Shown here piece by piece: positions 58,035 through 64,000 of a stretch of 64,000 bases of DNA (positions are counted from its first letter, which is position 1; every line of letters begins with the position of its first letter). Source of the stretch: Dehalococcoidia bacterium (lineage in GTDB: Bacteria > Chloroflexota > Dehalococcoidia > Lucifugimonadales > UBA3495); contig JASLXV010000085.1 of assembly GCA_030740155.1 (NCBI GenBank), positions 32,001 through 96,000 of the forward strand, in the 5' to 3' direction. Position numbers and translations under genes: made by a program. Under the pieces are notes generated by a model. That model was not told where the DNA came from and ran no database searches. It saw only the letters and a program-made list of their open reading frames with translations.

Positions 58035-59038
58035 AACATTTTCATCTGAAATCCGGCATCTATCCGCCGGCCCCGTTCATCCAGGTGGACCGCCGGGTAG
58101 CCCTCCTGCCGCAGGTGGGCGGACAGCTCCGGAAACCCGTTGACGGTGTACACCTCTTTGGGGTGCACCCGATGCACGTAGTCCAGCAGCTCGTTGAAAT
58201 CGGCGTGGTCACTGTAGGGAAGGCTGGAGTCTCCCCGCCGGCCCCAGCGCCGGTTGCCCGTGGCCCAACCGGTTAGCTCCATGAAGCGGAGGCCGCGAAC
58301 CCCCTCCAGGTTTGGCCCGCTCCGGGAGCCGGGTGGACAGAGCAACACCTGGCCCTGGGGCCAGCGGCCTTCGAATGGACGCAACTTGCCGGGGAAGATC
58401 ACGCCGGCCTGCTGATAGACCTGGGCTATCCGGTAGACGCTTTCCTCCACCGCCACGTCGAACCCTTGACCCAGCAGGAGATGCAGCAACTCCTGGGCCT
58501 TGCCCAACCGCCACCCCTGGACCACCGGCTTCTCCCCGTTCCCGAGCCAGGTCCTCAGTACCTGGTAGGCCGTGGTCAGCACCTGCTCTTGAGATGGAAA
58601 GGTGTACTGTGGCCTGCCGTAGCAAGCATCCAAGATCAGAACGTCGCAGGCCACCGGTTCCAGGGGTTCGTTGGTGGGGCTGGAGCGGACCTTGAGGTCG
58701 CCGGTATACAGGACCCGCACCCCGCTGGCCTTCGACTCCACCAGAGCCTGGGCCGAACCCAAACAGTGCCCCGCCGGATAGAGGGTTAGGGTGTAGTTCT
58801 CAGTCTCCAGGGGTTCGTGGTAGTCCAGGTAGATGGGGCTGGAATTCTTCAGATAATCCGCAAGAAGTAGCCCCGTGTTCCTGGTCAGCACCGGCCGGCG
58901 GTGCCGGGCGATGTGGTCGGAATGGGCGTGGGATATCAGGCCAAATTCCCTCTGCCGCCGGGAATCCATCCACAGGTCCAGCTCGGGCAGGTAAACGCCG
59001 CGGTAAAATCCTACTTCCAACGATTCTCCGAGCCACAC
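58031..59038 (-). CDS. MBL/beta-CASP nuclease (DNA ligase-associated exonuclease/SNM1-like)
   Basis: ISHAHSDH, AGHCLGSAQ, YTGD, GKAQE, TGW, YSDHADF. Start may be TTG at 59020. Confidence 0.85.
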   Translation of the reverse strand: MWLGESLEVGFYRGVYLPELDLWMDSRRQREFGLISHAHSDHIARHRRPVLTRNTGLLLADYLKNSSPIYLDYHEPLETENYTLTLYPAGHCLGSAQALVESKASGVRVLYTGDLKVRSSPTNEPLEPVACDVLILDACYGRPQYTFPSQEQVLTTAYQVLRTWLGNGEKPVVQGWRLGKAQELLHLLLGQGFDVAVEESVYRIAQVYQQAGVIFPGKLRPFEGRWPQGQVLLCPPGSRSGPNLEGVRGLRFMELTGWATGNRRWGRRGDSSLPYSDHADFNELLDYVHRVHPKEVYTVNGFPELSAHLRQEGYPAVHLDERGRRIDAGFQMKML

Positions 59039-59378
59039 CCTTCATCGCCATTGACGAGGGACCGCCGCCGGGGGTTGCCCCGTTTACCGGGGTGGAGTTG
59101 GGGCGGTGACGCGCCCAAGAAACGGCAACGGCGGAGGCCAAGCCGGCCCAGTATATCACGGGTTAAGCTCCAATCAGGTTCGTCACCGGACACGATGGAA
59201 TCCGGTGTGGTGTTCCTTGAGCCAGGCTGCCATGGTCTACAATCCGGATAAGGCAAGGCCCTGCATGGTGAAGAGAGGAGGATTGGGGCCGGTTGCTGGT
59301 TTCGCGGCCGGAGCAAAATCGAGCCACCCCGGCGAGGGCCGGGTGGGTACCGAAGGGGGATTTATGGCCGCAAAAGGG

Positions 59379-60197
59379 TCAGGTGGCTATTTTCTCCACC
59401 ATGTAGCGGACGGTTCCCTTGGGAACGTTAATGACTACCTCATCACCCACGGACCGGTCTAGTAGCGCCTGCCCGACGGGTGATTTCGTGGAGAGTTTTC
59501 CCGATGCCAGATCCGCCTCCCGGATATCCACCAGGGTGTATACGATTCGTTTGCCGGAAGCGAGGTCTTTCAAACTGACCTTGGTGCCCAACGCCGATCG
59601 CCGGATTCGGGTTGCTCCCTGTTTGGAGAGGATTTGAGCGTTGGCGAGGCTGGCTTCCAATTCCCGGATCCTGCCCTCGATGACGCCCTGGCGTTCTTTC
59701 GCCGCGTCCAACGGGGCGTTCTCCCGAAAGTCTTTGTCCGCCATCGCCTGCCGGATATCTTCCACCACGCTGGTTCGCTCGAGCTTGAGTACCGCCACCT
59801 GGGCTGCCAGGTTATCGTAGCCTTCCTGGCTGAGTTGGGTGCTCTCCTGTTCTTGGTTCGAACCGGAGCCGGCCCGCCGGCCGCTGGTGCGGCGGGTCCG
59901 CGGAAGCCTCAAATGGGCGGCCAGACCGTTCTGAATCCACCCTTCATCCTTCCAATAGCTCAAGAATGACTTTACCGGGCTGAGCCGGTTCGCGGACTCA
60001 ATTCCCCCCAAGCCAATATACTGAGCGTAGTCGGCCACCTCAGACGGAGTCAGGTCAAGTACGTTTCTGTCCCTTCCACACCAGGCGACGAATCGGCCCA
60101 ATTCGTGGTGATTCAGTGGCGCCTTCTTGCCGTTCTTCTTGGCGGCGATAAAACGGGTTAAGGCTTCTGAAAGGGAGGGACCAGAAAAAATTGCCAA
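59379..60197 (-). CDS. greA: Transcription elongation factor GreA with N-terminal extra domain
   Basis: C-terminal LSQEGY..., DFRENAPLDAAKE, S.KSPVGQALL, VPKG; about 110-aa N-terminal extension; GGAGGT SD before TTG 60197. Confidence 0.88.
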   Translation of the reverse strand: MAIFSGPSLSEALTRFIAAKKNGKKAPLNHHELGRFVAWCGRDRNVLDLTPSEVADYAQYIGLGGIESANRLSPVKSFLSYWKDEGWIQNGLAAHLRLPRTRRTSGRRAGSGSNQEQESTQLSQEGYDNLAAQVAVLKLERTSVVEDIRQAMADKDFRENAPLDAAKERQGVIEGRIRELEASLANAQILSKQGATRIRRSALGTKVSLKDLASGKRIVYTLVDIREADLASGKLSTKSPVGQALLDRSVGDEVVINVPKGTVRYMVEKIAT

Positions 60198-60615
60198 CTC
60201 CAACACCTCCGGGGGGCGAACCTGAATCGCGACCACGCCATGCGACCGGCGCATTACGCCAGGCTCCAAGGCATAACCGCGGCGATTGCCAGGCCTGTTT
60301 GGGTGTCCGATGCCGGAGGAGTTGAGAGGTATTCCGATCCCGCCCTTCGGACCTTGTAACCCATGTTAATCATAGCAGTTTCTGCCCGCCATAGCAACGC
60401 GAAGGCCCACCTCCGGCGTCTCGCGGGGCGCCGGCCGGCACGCCGGGCGCGGGCCCGGAGGTTCAGATAGAGCGCGTCCGTCCCCCGGTTCGGGTAGAGG
60501 TGTCTTGCTCCCGGTATGCCGGCCGCCGGAAGATTCGGCGGCGATATCCGGCAGGCGCCCAGAGCTGAGGGTCTGGGTGATACGCGGCCCGTCGGCCGCT
60601 CTGGTGACGCCGCGA

Positions 60616-61146
60616 CTAGCTCCTTTCGACCAACCGGGCCTGCTCTATCTGCTCCTTCAAAGCCGGCACCGGGTTCTGGTCTTGGAAGACGTGTGGGTTG
60701 GCGTAGTCAGGGGCCTGACCGGTCGGGTTCGTAATCCAGACCGACGCTTCGAGGGCGATGCCGTTCGGATCGTGGAAGTAGATAGAGTGGATGAACTTGT
60801 GGTCGATTACCTGCGTCACTTCCACGCCGGCCCGGCTCAGCCGGTCCTGCAACTCCAACAGCCCATCCTCGTCTTCCACGTCGAAGGAGACGTGGTCGAA
60901 CTGCAACCTGCCTCGCGCCGGCTGGCCGGCGGGTTTGTGGAACTCCTCTACCATGCCGGGCCACTCGAAGAAGGCGATGGTGCTGTTTGGTCCCGTCTCG
61001 AAAAAATAGTGGCGGTACGGATACCCCGCCGGCGTGTTTCCGATCGCCGCCACCAACGGCATTTGCAGCACGTCTCGGTAGAAGCGAACGGTCTTCTCCA
61101 TGTCGTTGGTAACCATTGCCAGGTGGTTTACGCCGCGAAATTTCAT
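60616..61146 (-). CDS. VOC/glyoxalase family protein
   Basis: GVNHLA, FYRDVL, DHVSF, SIYFHDPNGIALE. Confidence 0.9.
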   Translation of the reverse strand: MKFRGVNHLAMVTNDMEKTVRFYRDVLQMPLVAAIGNTPAGYPYRHYFFETGPNSTIAFFEWPGMVEEFHKPAGQPARGRLQFDHVSFDVEDEDGLLELQDRLSRAGVEVTQVIDHKFIHSIYFHDPNGIALEASVWITNPTGQAPDYANPHVFQDQNPVPALKEQIEQARLVERS

Positions 61147-61448
61147 TGTCCCTCCCCGAATATTCTCCGGCACAGACCCTGGGCAACCGGCTGCGCCTAT
61201 TGGATTCAATATTAAGATTAGATGCAATTGGAATCGGTTGGATTTCGCCGGCGCCAAAAGCAGGAAGTTAACCAGCCCAAGCTGCTATGATGTTAGGGCG
61301 GCTACCGTCAGGGCTCCCCGGAGCCCGTTGCGGCGGTCCTCGGTCCGGATTTCAAGATCGTGCTTGGGGCCCGCGAATTTGGCTAGCGATCGAAGCGGTG
61401 CGGACCCGTTGGCGCGGCGGGATATGACATAACAGGAGGGGTGTCGGC

Positions 61449-62093
61449 TTGAAAGCGGTTGTCTTTGACTGGGACCTTACCCTATGGAATAGCTGGGATA
61501 TGCACGTCTGGATAATGCACCGGATGGGCGACAGCCTCGATTTGCCCCGGCCGGGGCTGGCCGCCATCGCCCAAGAGTTCTCCAGACCGTTCCTGCAGCA
61601 CCTGGCCTGGTTCTTTGGCAAGGACGAGCAAAGCTTGAGGGACACCTACGTGGGATTCTACCGGGACGCCGTGTCAAGAATGGCCAACTTGTATCCGGAG
61701 ATAGAGGGAATGCTCCGGGCCCTCAAAGCCGGCGGCTACCGGCTTGCGGTCTTCTCTGACAAGCGCACGTCATTCGGATTGTCGGAGTTGGACCGGACCA
61801 ACATCGGCGATTTACTGGACTACACCTTGTTCTTGGCGGAGGGCCGCCCCTACAAGCCGGACCCTCTTGGCCTGCGGGAAGTGATGGCGGCCTTGGACGT
61901 AACCGGCGATGAGACCCTTTACGTTGGAGACGGCCGCCAGGACGTGGAGTGCGCCTACCGGGCCGGCGCCAAGAGCGGCGCGGCCCTTTGGGGGGCGGTG
62001 GACAGGGAGAAGGTGTTGGCCGGTCAGCCGGACTATTCGTGGGAGCGGGCTGCCCAGATACTCGGCACTCTGGGGGTACCGGCCTGCTCATAG
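61449..62093 (+). CDS. HAD family hydrolase (PpaX/Gph-like)
   Basis: FDWDLTL, KPDP, YVGD...D, AALWG; AGGAGG SD. Confidence 0.9.
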   Translation: MKAVVFDWDLTLWNSWDMHVWIMHRMGDSLDLPRPGLAAIAQEFSRPFLQHLAWFFGKDEQSLRDTYVGFYRDAVSRMANLYPEIEGMLRALKAGGYRLAVFSDKRTSFGLSELDRTNIGDLLDYTLFLAEGRPYKPDPLGLREVMAALDVTGDETLYVGDGRQDVECAYRAGAKSGAALWGAVDREKVLAGQPDYSWERAAQILGTLGVPACS

Positions 62094-62244
62094 CGGCGGA
62101 CCCACCGGTGGACCGGCGCCGAGAGGGCGGGTGAGAGCCTTTCTCAGATCGCCACGCTCCCTCGCCGCCGGGGTCTTCGGCCGCGGCTCACGTTCCGTTA
62201 CGGACGGCTCCCGAACCCGGTCACTTCCCTCCTCCGGAGGACGC

Positions 62245-63267
62245 TTGGGTGGCAGGGAGCGAGCTGTAATCGCGGCCGTGGTCATGCTGGCACTGGTAGG
62301 CGTGTTCCTGGTCATTTTGGACTGGCGGGAGGTCCGGGATGTTTTGTCCGAAGGGGAATGGAAGTGGGTACCCCTGGCCCTGTTCATAACCGGTCTCTCG
62401 TACCTGTTCCAAGGTGGCAGCTTCAGCCTGATCAATCGGTCGTTCGGTATCCAACTAGGTTGGGAGGACCTGCTTAAAGTCGGGTACCTATCCGCCGCGA
62501 TGATCGCCGCCGTCGGCGGGCTGGCCGGCCACTCATTGCGGCTGTTGCTGATGGTGCGCCGCGGGATGTCGGCAAGTGATGTCATGGCGCCCTCTCTTTT
62601 CCACGCCTACCTGGAGAGCCTGCTGTTCGCCGCACTGATACCGGCTGGCCTGACCTACCTGCTCCTGACTCACCCCCTATCCCCCGAGGTGGCGGTTGCG
62701 TTGGGCATCGGCGCCGGGGCCCTGGCGGTGGCCTTCGCCTTGACAGCGGTGGTCTTCTTTTACGGGCCTGTAAGGTTGATAACCCTGCGGCTGGTGCGGG
62801 TTCTCTGGCGTTGGACTACTCGACACGAACTTGGGCCACCCCTGGACCGCTTCGAGACCACCCTGGCGCGGGGATTGGCTGCGGTGCGGGAGCGGCCCCA
62901 GGTACTGGTCCTGCCCGTGGGCCTGGTCCTGGCTGACCGAGTCGCCCGGGTGGCAGTGGTTTGGATCTGTTTCCAGGCCTTTGGCAGCAACGTTGAGCTT
63001 GGCGTGGTTGTGACGGGGTTCGCCGTGGGCGTGGCTCTGGGGGTCATGTCCATGGTGCCGGGAGGCTTGGGTGTTCAGGAAGGCTCCATGGCCGCGACTT
63101 ACCATTTCTTAGGGATGCCCTTGGAAGAGGCCGTCCTGGTCTCCGTTCTCTTCCGGGTGGTCTACCACTTGGCGCCCTTCAGCGTTAGCTTGGTCTTCTA
63201 CCGGGGTATCCTATGGGGAGGACGCCGGGGCCAGGTTCACGATGGGGCGACGGCCGGCGCCGGCTGA
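62245..63267 (+). CDS. Lysylphosphatidylglycerol synthase TM/flippase-like (UPF0104) membrane protein
   Basis: Multi-TM protein with PGGLGVQEG...LFR motif. Start uncertain (62131-62284). Confidence 0.8.
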   Translation: MGGRERAVIAAVVMLALVGVFLVILDWREVRDVLSEGEWKWVPLALFITGLSYLFQGGSFSLINRSFGIQLGWEDLLKVGYLSAAMIAAVGGLAGHSLRLLLMVRRGMSASDVMAPSLFHAYLESLLFAALIPAGLTYLLLTHPLSPEVAVALGIGAGALAVAFALTAVVFFYGPVRLITLRLVRVLWRWTTRHELGPPLDRFETTLARGLAAVRERPQVLVLPVGLVLADRVARVAVVWICFQAFGSNVELGVVVTGFAVGVALGVMSMVPGGLGVQEGSMAATYHFLGMPLEEAVLVSVLFRVVYHLAPFSVSLVFYRGILWGGRRGQVHDGATAGAG

Positions 63268-63532
63268 GGAGACGATGGATTACGTCTCAGGGCCGAGTTG
63301 ATGCGAAGAAAGCGTTGCCGTCTGCGTGCTTCCGGGAGCCGGGTATTGCTGAGATCCCCTGAGCCCAGGGCGGGACCTGCTCATTACGGGGGAGACAGCT
63401 GCTCCCCTCCGGCACCAGGCACCCGGTCCCGGCGCCCCGGCGGACCCGCCAGGCGAGCCCAGACGCCGGCCCGCTCGCCGTCCGTGACGTGGTAGTATTC
63501 GTGCCGTGGTATCCACCAAACGGAGGGGGGCT

Positions 63533-64000
63533 ATGAAAATCGTGAACATCGAGACGTTCATCGTGGATGCGGGCTGGCGTCCCTGGACCTTCGTCAAAGT
63601 TGAGACCGACGAGGGCATCACCGGGTTCGGCGAGTGCACCAGCAGGACTCCTTACGGCGTCGCCGGTGCAATTCAAGACCTCAAGCGGTTTCTGATAGGT
63701 ACAGACCCCCGGGCCTATGAGATGCGTTTCTGGGACATGTATCGGGCCACGCGCTCCAGCCGGGGCGGCATAGCGGCCGGGGCAATCGCCGGGATTGAGC
63801 TGGCGCTGGTGGACATCAAGGCGCGGGCCCTGGGTATCTCGGTGGTTGAGCTGTTCGGAGGCCCAACCCGGGAGTCGGTTCGCCTTTACTGGTCTCACTG
63901 CGGCTCATCCAGGGCACGTGTTCCCGAGATTCTTGGCACGCCACCGATACGGACAATGGAAGACATCACGGCTCTGGGCCGCGAGGTGGTCAGGCGGGGC
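63533..64000 (+). CDS. Mandelate racemase/enolase-superfamily protein (partial, runs off window)
   Basis: Manual translation MKIVNIETFIVDAGWRPWTFVKVETDEGITGFGE...AIAGIELALVDIKARALG.SVVELFGG...YWSH; GGAGG SD. Confidence 0.9.
   Translation, partial: MKIVNIETFIVDAGWRPWTFVKVETDEGITGFGECTSRTPYGVAGAIQDLKRFLIGTDPRAYEMRFWDMYRATRSSRGGIAAGAIAGIELALVDIKARALGISVVELFGGPTRESVRLYWSHCGSSRARVPEILGTPPIRTMEDITALGREVVRRG

Noticed and set aside
29773..60197. Prophage or integrative element suggested by primase-like and integrase-like domains
   Set aside because: Only isolated DNA-binding domains fused to host proteins, 30 kb apart among housekeeping genes; no catalytic integrase, att sites or structural genes.
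1..64000. tRNA, rRNA, tmRNA, RNase P or SRP genes
   Set aside because: No cloverleaf or conserved signature recognised by eye; not excluded computationally.

Overview
GC-rich (roughly 65%, estimated by eye) bacterial chromosomal segment. It is most consistent with Chloroflexota/Dehalococcoidia (SAR202-like); this is inferred from the T-box riboswitches, N-terminally extended GreA, fused accD-accA, several enolase-superfamily, TPP-dependent and amidohydrolase catabolic paralogs, and the absence of outer-membrane genes. About 55 CDS are supported. They include housekeeping genes (phoU, lspA, RluA-family synthase, gltX, glnS, mtaB, fumC, tsaD, tilS, menA, accDA, metG, greA), branched-chain amino acid genes (a lone ilvB under an Ile T-box and ilvBNC-leuA under a Leu T-box), an Fe-S pair (SufT-like plus Mrp) and an orphan catabolic cluster (enolase, bicupin, DinB, MFS, RidA, isochorismatase, DUF4387/AtuA, ltaE). 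No rRNA, tRNA, CRISPR, transposase or prophage was seen, but at least five families of short palindromic or tandem repeats occur. Most notable: an AhpD-like protein fused to a primase-type winged-helix whose end is hidden by a +1 frameshift; GreA fused to a tyrosine-recombinase core-binding-like domain; LspA with a C-terminal zinc ribbon; a CrtI-family oxidoreductase coupled to menA; a candidate leader peptide before leuA; and an IscR/Rrf2-like operator before sufT. All family calls are by motif recognition only; no database searches were run.
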